The notes: generated from the letters alone by a model not told the origin. A stretch of DNA of 64,000 bases from Klebsormidium nitens (GCA_000708835.1 DF237216.1:1-64000); one strand, 5' to 3'. Shown: positions 47,424-60,650, numbered from the stretch's first letter. Numbers and translations: made by a program.

Positions 47424-50400
47424 TCATTGGCTGGCACCGAGCTGTTTTGGGGTCTTGAGCCGTGCTTTGAAATCCTCAACCATGAGCGGCAAGCCCTCAC
47501 GTAAAGGCACTTTTGGCTCCCACTTGAGTAGCGCCTTGGCCTTGCTGATGTCAGGCTTGCGCTGGTGTGGGTCATCAGCAGTGTTTTCACGGTACGCAAT
47601 CTGAGCGGCGGGGTCAATAACCTCCCGCACGACCTGAAACAACAGGAGGAAGATGTATACCAGAACCATAGGTTCTTCTGAAACGGGCAGAAGCGAGGCC
47701 CGAAGACTATGTAAGGGTGATCTGCCGCAGAGCCGGGTATGCAGTTTGTGCGACCTGTTAAGAATTGTATGCACGGCCTTGGATAGAGAAGCATCAATTG
47801 TGAGCCTGTGTCTCGTTAGAGACACATAAGGAGCATGCTGTGGGTCTGGACCTTTTCAAGTAACAGCATCATTTAGAAAGAGACGGGGGGGCTGAGCAGC
47901 TTCGAATCAGAAGCGTGCGGAAACAGAGAACTCTCAAAATGCCGACCGCAGCCAGCTCGCACCGTCTGCCTCGCCGTGAAAGGTGCCCAGACTGAACGGG
48001 TCCAAGAGAAGCCAATAATATGGAAAAATCCCTTCACGAGGAACAAATGAAGGGGTGTGTTGTTTTGGCGGAGCTCGACGGGCTCGCCAAAGGAAAGCAT
48101 TTAGAATCTCCTGTCCTTACTTCTGAAACCGTAATGGGAAATTGGAGAGAAAGAAAATCGGGAAACAAACAGAAGATGTAGGCACCCAAGGGAACAGCTC
48201 AAGCGTAGTACACTCCCCGCAGGTCAAACATTCCGCAACTGTAAAGAGTCATTTCGCAAAGAGTAAAAGGGAAACGGCAAGTATGACAAAGATGGAGGTA
48301 AGCTGCGCCGTATGGCTGGGGAAATGATGGTCGGTGTGGATGCCCACCTCGGCGAGCTCGAGCATGGTAAACTCCTTGAAGTCAAAAGGTTTCCAAATTG
48401 CAGAGAAACAATTTTGGGAGATCGAGTGGGAGATTGCAAACTTAACGAAGACGGAAAAAGCTGCGCAGAATGGCTGGGAAATGATGATTGGTGTGAATGC
48501 CCACCTCGGCGAGCTCGAGCATGGTGAACTCCCCGGGGTTGCCCAGGTTGAAGGGGCCGATGTGCTCGCCGTCCATCAGGGCCATCAAGCCGGCCACCTG
48601 CATGACATCAGCATGATGTCAGCGAGGGGTCCGCAAAAAGCGGCCTCTGGACCGTCCGGGCCGAGATGCAGGACGAACCACGTCCACTGCTTTGCAAACC
48701 CTTGGACAGAGGAAAAGAGAGGGTATGGATGACGACATCAGCATGCTGCAAACTGCTGACATTATGGTGGATATGACGCTCGGGCAGAGGGTTGCAATTC
48801 CGGCTGCCGCATCCGGTATTGCTGAATGGACTCCCCTGCCCCTTCACACCGTGCGCCGGGCCAGTGCTGAAAAACTCCTCCACAGGCGCTTTCGCAAAAA
48901 CAGGGTCCGTTCTCGGGGGCCGCGGATTGTTAACTGCTTGAGGGAGCGCCGCACATTGGCAAAATGGAAACAGGTTCACTAAGCCCACCAAAAATATAAA
49001 CCAGGTTCAAAGCGGAAAGACGTGAAGAGTTACGAAAGCGCCGGCCTTGCAGAGCGCCTTACCAAGTCGGAGACGTACTGGAAGCTCCGCGTCTGCTTCC
49101 CGTCCCCATACACCGTCATTGGCTCTTTTCGCAAGGCCTGCAACGAAGACGGCGGTGGTTGGAGGAAACCCACTTGCGAAAGGGAAGCAATGGGAGCAAA
49201 GTATGCGAGCTGACGGTTTTTCAGCCCATGTGGCAATTTTCAGAAATTCAGATACGAAATGCGAGGAATCCTGACGCCAAAGGTTAATGGTGTGCGCGGT
49301 TCAAACGTTTTATGGCGGTATAGGAATCCAACAGCAGATGTCGACGCATTTCCTTTTTCTCGTCCTGCAAACAGCGCGCGGGAGCTCGCACACCGTACAA
49401 TAACCCCATGCAAGAAAGAGCCGTCGAATGATACAGACAAGACGGCTGAGGCGGGCGTTACTAAGATTAATGGAAATTGGTAAGGGTGATTGTGTAATTG
49501 CTAGAGACTGGTACATGTTTATCCAAAAGGAAACGAAGGAGGGCGGCTTCCTTGTAGAGTACCTGGGCCACAAAGTTGCTGACGACACGCCCGTCGTCGA
49601 TGAGCATGCGCGGGCCGTACGTGTTGAAGATACGCGCAATCCGCACCTGCGCCGTAGACAAAAGCAGAAATGCGATTTCGTTCCTCCCTGTGTGATAACT
49701 TCCTCTGCTAGTCCGAGCCACTCCGCTTTCCTCGTTAACTGGGCGACAACCACGCAGATATTCGTATTTGCGTTGAAACTTAAAGTCCCAATCCAGGCAA
49801 GCCTCTGTCCTTTGGCAAGTCCGACTTGTCCAATGAGATCCGCCTGGAACAGAAGCGGCACAAAGCCTCGCATAACGACTCGAGAAAGACATCGTTCCTG
49901 AATCTTGCTCCAGCAAAGCATCAAGAGCAGCAAAAAGCCGGACGCAGAAGGTGAAAGACCGCAATTTGGGCACGTCGAGCTTGAATGTTGAAACTTAATC
50001 GATCTGAGCAACTTACGTCGACCCCACTCCCTCGATGGTAGTCCATTGTGAGCGCCTCCGCGGTCCGCTTGCCCTCATCGTAGCAGCTCCGCTCGCCTGC
50101 AACAAAAATTCAACCTTATATTACCAGTTTTTTTAAAAAAATTCAGGAATTCTGCGAAAAAACGACGTTTCCAAACAATGGAACCCTGTAAGACAGGGTG
50201 TCTGAATGGTCTTGGTACCGAAGCAGCAAAGGCGAGAAGCAACGATTCACAGATCTTACGCATATCTGAAAGGAAATGACCCGCAGTAGCACTGTTGCGT
50301 TGCAGCATGTCATCTATGATCTATGATATTCGTTGCAACCATGAGCAGGCAAATGAGGTCAAAACAGCGGACTTGAGACGCTCCTTTTCGCCTTAATGTT

Positions 50401-53400
50401 GGGCAGTCCGCATGCACTATTGGCAGCGCTGAGCGATTGGTGTTGTCAACAGCTTTTGCAGATGGCATCAAAAGCCCGAAATCCCGCTCCCAACAAGCAC
50501 TAGTCCTTGCGCATCAAACGTCGACACGCAATTGGATACTTGTTGCGAATCATTTGGCATCAACTGGGGTGGGTTCAAACATCCGGCTCCATCGCTTCCA
50601 TAGGACGACTTTATGCGATTCAAGCACAGCCTTTTGAAACCACCAATCGGTGCATATTGCAATCAAGGATTATTCAGACTGCACAAAAGGGACAGCGAAG
50701 AGCAGAATGACGTTTAGTTACACACAGAGATGCTTTTCCAGCTGCTTTTCAACCATCCGATGCAGCTTTAGAACATTAAGAATAGAAAGTTAGCCTAGCC
50801 CATTTTCAGAACCAATCACCGTGGAAAAACAACTCCAACTGATGGAACCAGTGCTAACGAAGATAAATTCTGTGAGATAGGGACAATCGAGAAGAGGCAA
50901 TGCAGAACGGCCCTAACAAGGACACCTTCGCACATTGACTCTAGCAATCAAAGACAATGACCCAAATCTTTCTGGCTTCAGTTAGATTGTTGGAGATCCC
51001 TGTCTGGCTTGAGTTGCAACGCCAGACTTTGCCCATCAAAGCCACTTGACGTCAATAAGCAGGTGGTCCGACTTGTGAGCTTGTGTCGAAGACCTTCCCC
51101 GTGATTTTGACTTGTGTAGAGTATCGACAGGGACTTGTGAGGCCTCAGGGATGCTCCTTTCATAGTGGCAATGGGAATGCGCCGACCCTACCAATACCGT
51201 TTCTCCATACCGAGAAAGGCTGTGCTCCCAGTGAGTAATCTCTACCTCGCCACCAATCTTGCTCATCAAACCTCGAGCGACTACAGAAAGAAACATGCAG
51301 CCCAAGAAGAGATGAGGCTCGTGGCAGAATACCGCAGAAGCTGAATGGACAAAGATGGAACGAGCAAAAGAGTGCACTCAAACTCTAATTAGAACAACTG
51401 GAGACAATTGGCACTCTTTACAACTCTGCTTTACGACGGCATCAGACCCGTCCGCAACAAAGAGGATTTAAGATTTCCAACAAGGGTCGGAATCATCAAA
51501 GCGGTACAAGTTTGCGCACAACAGCAAAACCGGAGTTGTCAGCCTGGGCCTCAAACGGTTGAGTAAAACGGACAACCGGCGTAACTGCCAATATTCCAAA
51601 GCGGCCCTCCACCAATGAAGACTAGCAAAGGCATGGCTAAAGGGCCAGAATGAACCGAGCGAAGAAAATTGCGGAGCTCTCTGAAGGCTATGTCCTTAAG
51701 CCCCCGCACGAAACTCAAGCGAATGTCGTTCATTTGCAGATTGATGAAGCACTTTCGATCAAGAAGTTGATCAGAAAAGCGTGCAATTCTTGGTCTTTCC
51801 TGGACTGCAATCGGTCCAGTCGGTTATTCAAGGACATCACCATACCGCCCAAACGAGCATGTGAGCACGGTGCGGACTAGAGCAAAGTTAAAAACTGTCG
51901 GAGATGGAATGGCGTTCTTTGCAAGGCTCTGGAGTCGGATGCTGCTTTCAACTTTCTATTTACATCATAGCCCGTTCAAGCGTGCGGCGAAACCAAGGGA
52001 ATGTGACAATCAGAGAACTCTGGCACAAACCCAGCACGCAATAGGCGGGTAGCGATTCAGAAGGCGACGAATCACTTTTACAGTTTACAGAGAGGCTAAC
52101 AGGCTCTGGCGTCGGAGGATAGGAACCCAGCATGGGCGAGTCAAAGCGCTCCTGCTAGCCCAGCCGCTAGTCTCCTCACAGCCAGTCCTAATATTTCGGA
52201 CGGATTATCTGGACAGATTTTCTGGACGAATTTTCTGCAAACGCGAAATGTAGTAGAATCGCTGACCGACGACTTGCAGACGCATGACCCATGACGACAC
52301 TAACAGAGAGGGGTATCTCAGAACAATACACCCGTCAACTCCGCAGCTCCATTGTCCTACTCCACTGCAACGACGGGGTGAGAAAGAGGCAATGGACTTT
52401 CAGATTGACTTACGAGATCAAAGCAACAAGCCGGCTCCTACTGATAGGCTCCCACTGATGATGAATCTGAGTAAGGGACAGACACAAAGAGAATTAAAAC
52501 AAAAATGAAGGAGAAGGAAGTCACAACGCTTACCAAACACAAATGAACAAAGAGGAAGAAAGAAGTCACGACAGACAGGGGGAACGAAGCGATTAAATAC
52601 CAGATAAGCAGAGCAAAGATGGTCAAAAGGGGATGATGCATCAAGGCGTACCAATTGGGTTAACGTGGCCCCAGTACTCCTCCGTCTGCGGATGCTGCTC
52701 CGGATCCCCGTACACCTCGCTCGTGCTCGTCACCAGGAACCGCGCCTTAACCCGCTTCGCTAACCCGAGCATGTTGAGCGTCCCCATCACGCTCGTCTTG
52801 ATCGTTTTCACCGGGTTGTACTTGTAGAAGACGGGGGAGGCGGGACACGCCAGGTGGTAAATCTGGTCGACTTCGAGCATCAGGGGCTCGACGACGTCGT
52901 GGCGGATGAGCTCAAAGCGGGGGTCGCCGAAGTGGTGCGCGACGTTCTCGCGCCGGCCCGTGAAGAAGCTGTCGACCACGACCACCGAGTCGCCGCGCTC
53001 CAGCAACCTGCGCAGTTGATAGGCACGCTCGTGAGGCCAGCAATCAAAAAACAATACCGTTGACCAATACGAAAAGCCCCAACTTCAGCCCTCCAGATCG
53101 TACGGTGAGGTTGCATTTGATTCTCTCTGCAGTTGCAAGGGCGAATCTGAATCCTGCCGGCGACGTTTCCACATATTCAGGGGTCGCCGCGCTTCCGAAG
53201 TTTTGACTTGACATTTTTGCCCAGTTGGTGGACAAAAGGCCAAATGTGTCAAGAAAACAGGAGACATGTCCATTAATTACGCGGCCCAAACAGAAAAAGC
53301 CAATAAAAAGCTCATCCAGCAGGTCAGGGACAGGATACAACATCCTTATTTCTGAGCTTGGGTCCTCTTCTGGAATATCAACCACGATCGAGGTAAGTGC

Positions 53401-54985
53401 CCTGACCATCACGTTACCAAAATACACCGGGACAGCCAGAAGATGCTAAAAGGGCACGATCAAAACGAGCATGTACGACTTTCTCAGAATGTCTTTCCAA
53501 AGCCCGCATTGAAACCTGTCGGCGACAGAAGAAACAACCTCCGAGGACCAGAACAACTGTAATAGAAGCTGCTCCTATCAAAGCCCAGTTGTCATTCTAG
53601 AACGGCGCTCTGTCGGCCTTTCTGACGCCTGGGAAACATTCTGCTTTCGCAATTGTGCTACATTTCTTCCTTGCTGCTTAAACTTTCGCAAGCTCCAAAT
53701 TGCACTAACTGGAAACTATGCCTTAGTTATAGGCTAAAACTTTGAAAACTCGTGTGCAAACTCCCCAAACATTGCAAAATGGAGCACGACATCAGTCGCC
53801 TTGAAAGGCGGGCTTTATATGGCCCAGAAGGACATTGGCTTGCACAGAAGGATCAAAACATATGATACAATGGTGATAGGTAGGAGAACCTTCCAGGGAT
53901 AAATGCAGGTCCAAAGTTGGCGTCTCCACCACTTCTCGAAGTTATCCAAGTGTGCCGCCACTAACTATGCCCCATTTCATGGTCCCTATTGCCGAACCAG
54001 ACCTCCGTCCCAAAGTCAGATCATCTTGGGTGAACAGAATTTGGTGCTAATTCTCTTATTAATATGCCCCAGTGGGCTTCACATCAGAATCAGCATTTTC
54101 AGTCCCGAACTTGAGATCTCAGTTGACGGCCCGTCCAAATCCTTGCAGCAATCCGGTCCTTACGATCAGCGAACCCTAATGCCTGCGACAAAATCGAGAT
54201 CCGCACGAGACACCGCACCTGTCAACCAGATGGCTCCCAACGAAGCCCGCTCCTCCAGTCACCAGGATCCTCTTTCTGGATCGCGGCAGCGGCATCGGTT
54301 TGCTCTTCACAACCGCAGACTCGAGTCCCTTCTCCTCCACCACCCGTCTCTCGACCACCTCGTCCTCTTTCCTCAGAGAAGCTGCGCCATCGTCTTCAGT
54401 CTCATCCAAGTCTGGTTCGGCCTCCTTGACCAAAGCTGACTCCCTTTTGCTCTCACTCAATCGGGTCTGAGTGGCCCACTTCTCTTCCGCTATCTCGTCT
54501 ACATCCATGGGGTCTACCTCATCGCTCCGGTCCTTCTTTTGCACTGCTTTCGCTGCGTCGTTGAGCTGCTTATCAACAGAACTTGCGGCATCGCTGGGCT
54601 TCTTCTTATCGACCTTCCCAAGAGCCTCGGCTTTTGTGAGCCCCTCTTTTGATCCCTCCACTTCTTCCAGTTCCGAAGGCCATGACTCCGTCACCCCCCC
54701 ATCAGACTGGGCCACCTCCTCTGCATGGGTTTCAAACTGAGGTTCCGCGATCCCCCCGGAAGCATCCCCCTTCACAGTGACTTTTATCGGATTAGCCAGA
54801 CTCGGCTCAGAGTAACCAAAATGCTGCCCTGTTGGTTGGTACACGTAAAGCAGAGCTGCAATTGCGATGCCGGTGAACACAAACAGCGCTTTGCCCCGAC
54901 ACAAGCAGCCCAAACCGCAGCAAACGTTTCGGGGGGGCGGCTTCCCGTTATAGCGGTGGGGCCGAGGCACCCCCCGGAACGCCAT
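47424..54985 (-). CDS. UXS: UDP-glucuronate decarboxylase (UDP-xylose synthase), membrane-anchored type, 7 exons, 554 aa
   Basis: Exons 54985-54219, 53007-52652, 50096-50017, 49646-49563, 49137-49063, 48597-48505 and 47633-47424 join in phase. Motifs [79 protein letters not shown]; N-terminal TM helix. Confidence 0.96.
48260..48531 (-). repeat. 157-bp-offset tandem duplication of a UXS exon 3' end, donor and intron start
   Basis: gag-tt(c/t)-accatgctcgagctcgccgag|gtgggcat occurs at 48531-48497 and again at 48374-48340; the adjacent intron sequence is also homologous. Confidence 0.88.
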
Positions 54986-55818
54986 TGTTAGGGCTTCCAG
55001 CTTAAACCTCTTCGTTTGAGTCTCTTCAACGGATCTGAAATCGGCAAGCCACAGCAGATGTAATCCTTCTGCAGTTCAACTGTCTGCACATACGATTGCC
55101 TGAAAGTGAGAAAGTGCATCCAGGTGTGCAAACTTGCAGAAGCAATTTTCCAGAGGGATGAGCAGAGGAGCAAACGCCGCATTCCCAAGCCACATGCGGG
55201 CTCTAGGATCAGCTCCTACTACTAGATCAGCTCAGACCTGGAGGAAACGCCTGCCGCCCTGCCCATCCCAGCCGCGCACCCAAATCCAAAGGACATTGGT
55301 CCTTTCTGTCGTGCAGCAGCATGGGGGCATTCAATATTGGCGCGGATTCAAAAATCAGCTTGCTCAGGAGCCCCGCAGAGCCCCGGGTACTTAAAAGGAA
55401 AAGTTAAAACCTTAACCGAAAATGATACAAACCATTTACCGGCTTCTCGTACCCAATCTAACCCCGAAGCTAACCCCAAGTGTGCCTCGGGTGCTTAAAT
55501 CGTTGTCAAAGAAAGATCTGAAAATTGAAACAATATGTAGGGCCTACCGTTGGGTTTGAGCACCAAGTCAGCTGATCAAATCACCCTATCTAGTTGCTGT
55601 TTATGCAAGCCGTGGATCATATCCATCGACGCCTCTTGTGAAAAGCTTGCTTGCAGCCGACGCAACTTAGCGCCGATTCTTAGCCGTCAAAAGCGCAAAC
55701 TATGGTCTTGATCCTTATCGGACGGCGCCAATCCCTTCCCCCCTGGACACTGGTGGCCCTTCCTTCTCAAGTTTCCTCCGGCCATTGTGCTCTGCAAAGG
55801 AGAGCTCTGCATTCATAA

Positions 55819-56227
55819 GGCCGTCCGAACTTGATTGCCGGTTTCCTGTCCCCGACCGACCCAAATTTCGAGAAATGTCCGAGTCGGCTGATATAATATT
55901 TTGGTTTTGAGATGCAGAAACACCGATATCCTTCACAATTTGAGACGTATGGTCCAAGTATGAGGCTGCATATCAGCCGCAACCAAGCAAAGTCAATGCT
56001 CTGGAAGGTTGGTACCGGTGTCCCAGACTCAAACTTCTACCTGTCTGCGGCACACACAACAGGTACCAACCGGGGTGCCTCTTTAGAAGTCAAACGGGCC
56101 CGGTAACGCTAATATGGGGCAAAATAACCCTTACCATTTTTCCCAGAATATTTATCAAATCCTTCCGACCGACCGACCCACCCCTGGAGGGGGTGGACAG
56201 GAAACCGGAAATATAATTCGGACGGCC
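55819..56227. mobile_element. PIF/Harbinger (Tourist-like) MITE, 409 bp
   Basis: 33-bp TIRs starting GGCCGTCCGAA, matching at 29/33; TAA on both flanks (55816-55818 and 56228-56230); no coding capacity. Confidence 0.88.
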
Positions 56228-56829
56228 TAATATTCGAGACCTTGGAGGGCCATTTTCAGTGGGAATTTACAGACGGACGAAGGAGGTGCATTTCATGGGT
56301 GTTTAAGCTCGAGGGTATTGCGAATGTCCTTCCTCTCGCACAATTAGCACCTCTCCGTGGGCTTACCAAGCTTGCCGTCCGTTGTGCACTGTTCTCTGTG
56401 GTTACGTCAGTAGGGTTTGGTAAAAGGAGTCGCCCTTGCACAGCCTTTTGTGTGTCGGCCTGATAGTGAGGTGAGGATTGCACCTGATGCTTAATCTTTA
56501 CTGCTTGATTCTCTCATGCTAGATGCTGTACGTCCAGTTGATTGGCTGCTTCATTGTGGTGTAAAGAGGTGATTCTTGACTCTGCGTTTCTTGTGGTCCG
56601 TCCGCCTGATTACTCCCCGTTTGCTAGAAGTGGCTTGTTTGGGTAATGAAATTCGGAGCTTTCTTCTGAGCTCTGCTCAACATCGTGACCTTTCCGCATT
56701 GAGAGGCACCAACAATCTGCAAGCACTTGAAATTTGCACAGGCAACCCCCAACGAACGAATCAAAGAAGGCACTCAACCACGCGTATGCTGGCTCCTGCT
56801 GTCAGTGAGAATATTCTCGGTTTGCTCTG

Positions 56830-59800
56830 CAGGCTCACTACCTGGTGTGATGGCTTCTGTTGCTGCAAAGCATGCTGGCTCGCTCCATGTCCAATGCTGG
56901 GCAAAGCAGCCTTCTGCCGTAGAGGATCAGAAGCTTTCATCTTCTTGGGAGCACGCTGTAATTTCGTCCGGAGCCAGCAGGAAGTCGGTGTGCAGAATGC
57001 AGGTGCGGTGCAGACGGTCTATCCTCCTCCATTCATCGGTTGGGCCACTTGCTGGCAAGTTTTGAGTACACTGCACATACACGCGCTCGCATATGGATTT
57101 TGCTCAAGTTTGTGGTCAGCGTGCAAGGAGGAAGTAATGGTGGGAGTCAAAAGCGATTGCAAGGTACACACAGCGGCCAGAGATAGTAGGAAAAGCAAAA
57201 TCCTTAGCAATTCGACTCGCCATTTTGAGCATCAGGGCGTCAACTCCTGGCCTCTGTCGAGTACACTCAATTGCTCTTGTTCCAGATTATGGACGTTGCT
57301 GAACTGGATTCTTGATCGGCCATCTCTTGGCCCCAGATCAGATCACCTACTTTCACTTGCTGTTGTGCAGGTGAGGGGTTGGGGCCTCCCTCTGAATACG
57401 TTGGGACCGCGTATTCCGCAGCCCCGAGGCTGCAGGCGAGCAGTCGTTTCATGCGACGCTAGGCAGCCACACAAGTCTGGTGCTGAAGTGAGCAGTCAAC
57501 CTCTGTCCTGGATTTGGTTTCCTGACAAAGTTTGCCACGCTGAGCACTTAAGGTTATGAAGTAACAAGCATCAAGCATAGCTGCTTGATACATCTGCAGC
57601 ATTGAAGAGTGGTGCTGCCTGCAGAAAGCAGTCCAAGCTAAATTGCTTCTAAACACCAAACAAACTGGCATGCATTAACGTTCTGATTGAGGCTCTGATT
57701 TTCAAACAGCTGCTCAGCAATCTGGTGCAAGTATATTTGGGGTTTCTGACTCTGGGGACGGGAAGCAATTTTAATTTACAGACTCTATATACCCCACTCT
57801 GCTATCAGAATTTAGGGCTTAGTAACTCAAGGTGTATCAGTTGAACCCAAAATGCAAGGCCCAACTCATTCCTGATCATGATACAGTTTCAGAGGTCAAG
57901 AAAGCCGCCGCGTCAAATCATTTGTGTCAAACTGTGTTCCTTGATTATCATAACCATTGCGTTCAGAGCACGTATTTGCCGGCGGAAGGACTCAGTTCAT
58001 GATTAGCAAACCGCCAAGCAATCATGATGTTTTGCCAATGTCACCAAACGAAGAAAACCACCTCACTCAAGGCTTTGGTTCTTGTGCTTCTGCAGCTTCC
58101 TGAGAAGCGGAGCCGGGGCGGCTTCCGGTTGCAGAGTGTTGCGTGGCTTCCCCTTGTGTTGGCCATGGCGTCAGAGACTATGACCGGCGAGATCCATGTG
58201 GATCCTAGCATGGATTTCTACACCGACTGGCACTTCTCGCAGGAGTTCATCAAGCACTTTTGTAAGCGAGGCCTACTGCCTCAGCCTGAGTTGTTGCCTT
58301 TCTAAATTGGATGCATTCCTCGTAGCAACTTGCCTCCAAAACCGACTGGCACTTCTCGCAGGAGTTCATCAAGCACCTTTGTAAGCGAGGCCTACTGCCT
58401 CGGCCTAAGTTGTTGCCTTTCTAAATCGGATGCATTCCTGACAGCAACTTGCCTCCAAAGTGCTGTTGAAGAACAGTAAAGCAGATATGCAGGCAACTGT
58501 CTCCCAAATCGAGCAGTTGGAGAAGGGCTTTTTGAGTCAATGAACTCCTCTGCATTCAACTACTTCGGAGTGTTTGAGACATGGCTCCTGAAAGCCCTCG
58601 GTTTCTTGCTTCAACCCTTGTCCAAAGCAACAGGTTAGCTGCTATGTATATGTTATCCAGGAGCCAAACTCGAAGGCCCAGATGTATGGGGAACCCACAC
58701 CAAAAAGGAATGTCAGCAGTTGCACAAACTCGTTTGACTCTGGACCTCAATTTGTTGACTGTTGGAACAATGGTTGAGGCCACATCCAAGGAAGCACCGC
58801 CGTCGAGAGCAGACTTTGCTAACTAAAGTTCTTGGGTCTCTGACGAGGGGCGTTGTTTGGTGTGCAGATGTCGCATTCATTTGCTGCTTCTCCTTTGGGT
58901 GCGTGTACTTCGGCTCCTTGAAGGTAGGTCCTCCCTGCCAAATGGGGCAGCGCACCTTTTGATTCCTATCTAGGGCATCTTTAGAGCAAGATATGCCATC
59001 CTGTTGCAAATGCTTTCTTGCAAATCGCAATCTAGTTGCGTCCATTTCCTCAAATGTTGCTTGCCAGTCTGGTTTTGATTCTCATGCTACCTTTGTTCCG
59101 CTTGGATAACTCCCTTGTTGCTAGATTTACAGCAACTGTGCACTTCGCATCAGAGTCCCGCAACTCATGGCCTTCTTGGCAAGTGTGCTTGAACATTCTC
59201 GTTACTCTCTGTGACTCTGGACGTGTCAGTGTCTTCGACGTCTTATTTCTGTAAGGATGGTCAAAAGGCCTTTGCTTTCAGCTTCCCAGAAACCAGCCAG
59301 CTTTAGGAAATGGTATTATGACCGCCAGTAAGTCTGAGCACTTCGTATGCATCAATTCGGACCGATTTATGCATAGGCGGTTCCGCTGGCGATCAATGAC
59401 CAGTGATCTCAATGGGACGGTTGCCGCAGTATTCCTTGCTTTGAAAAGTTGCAGGTCGTTTACTGATTGAGCCTGCTGCCTTGTGAAACATTACAGTAGA
59501 CGGGCACGGTCTCTTAAGGTGGTGGTGCCCGAACTCGACCTTTAGCAGCCTGCAAAATCACCCCCATGAACCGTTTCCTTGCAGGATCCCTTCTATGAGG
59601 GTCCTGAGTCCGGCTACCGGGAGGACGGCGGAAACGGAACGGCGCACTGGTTCTACGACGTGGTAAGTCGCCTGGCCAAGCGTCTTGGGAGCTCCGTTGC
59701 CCTCTACATCTTGAAAGAATGGGAGGCGTTCTTTTGATCGTCAAGTGCTGAACAGATAGGGAGAGACCGCTCTGCCAGCACTCCGCCTACTTGCAACTTT

Positions 59801-60650
59801 TTGAGGAGAGCCTCGTCACTTTCCAGTCTGCACTTATGCAGTACATGTCGACGTAGGCCGCATCGACCTAGTCGGTCCCACTCAGTATGCGACATGACGT
59901 AAGGTCCGGCATTTGATTGGGCCGCGTGTCCAAACCTCCATGTGTCGATCGCAGACCGGGGTCCGAGCCGCTTCAAATATGATTTGATGCTTAGCGTCAT
60001 TTTATCGTCATCTTTTGACCTTCTGGAGAATCGGACGGCTCCAGTAACCAATGCGTGCATCGAACGGTTTATCGGGCTACCTACATATTCATAATTTGCT
60101 CTTACAGATAACTTCCTAGCTACTTGGCTCATCTATTCCTACACTTATCTCTACCCTTATCTCTCGTTTCCCTCTTCTTTTCCCCTCTTTGCTTTTACTC
60201 TTATCTCTCTTTTCCTCTCTATCTCTTGCCCATCTCTTGGCTGTGAGTTGGACCCCACCTCAGAATGAAGGTGATTTGCGTTTTCGCAAGAGCAGTTCTA
60301 ACTTCTATTAGCAGCATATCATCAGGCTGAATATCGTCCTTTTGCTCTGGACCTCTTTGTGGGCGGCTTCTTGAAGCTCCCTAACAACCTTTTTGGAGAG
60401 ACAGACCGGCACTGTTGCCAGTCTGCATGTCGCGAAGGAGAGGAACTTCAGGTCCTTCTGTACTTTGGAGATGAAGTATGCATGTCGTCTTCTGCAGAAA
60501 GAGGAGGAGGAGGAGGCCAGCCGGGAGCAGCTGGCGAAGCAGGTGCTTGCGCTCGAGATGGCGCAGAAGGAGAAGGTGGTCCGGCAGCTGGAGGAGCAGC
60601 TGACCGTCAGAGCCGATTCTGCGGAGCCCAAGGAGACTGTCTCATCCTTG
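56830..60650 (+). CDS. Multi-exon gene of unknown function with a C-terminal coiled coil (model incomplete)
   Basis: Exons with good splice signals and coding-like translation: 58096-58261 (LPEKRSRGG...DFYTDWHFSQEFIKHF), ~59585-59662 (DPFYEGPESGY...WFYDV), ~59760-59851 (LCQHSAYLQLFEESL) and ~60495-60651 (EEEEEASREQLAKQVLALEMAQKEKVVRQLEEQL). Phases were not fully resolved. Confidence 0.5.
58222..58459 (+). repeat. 119-bp near-identical tandem duplication spanning an exon end and donor site
   Basis: accgactggcacttctcgcaggagttcatcaagcac(t/c)ttt|gtaagcgagg...gcctccaaa at 58222-58340 and 58341-58459. Confidence 0.93.

Noticed and set aside
51550-51870. FGRYGDV / RKCFINL, RRM-like fragments in the long UXS intron
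   Set aside because: Interrupted by a stop and too short to distinguish from chance without a search.
56576-57559. 327-aa plus-strand ORF as a single protein
   Set aside because: It runs through apparent introns, has no recognisable composition or motif, and the better exon candidates use other frames.
59704-60132. 142-aa minus-strand ORF next to a CT-rich tract
   Set aside because: Overlaps an exon and intron of the plus-strand gene and has no identifiable transposase or recombinase motif.
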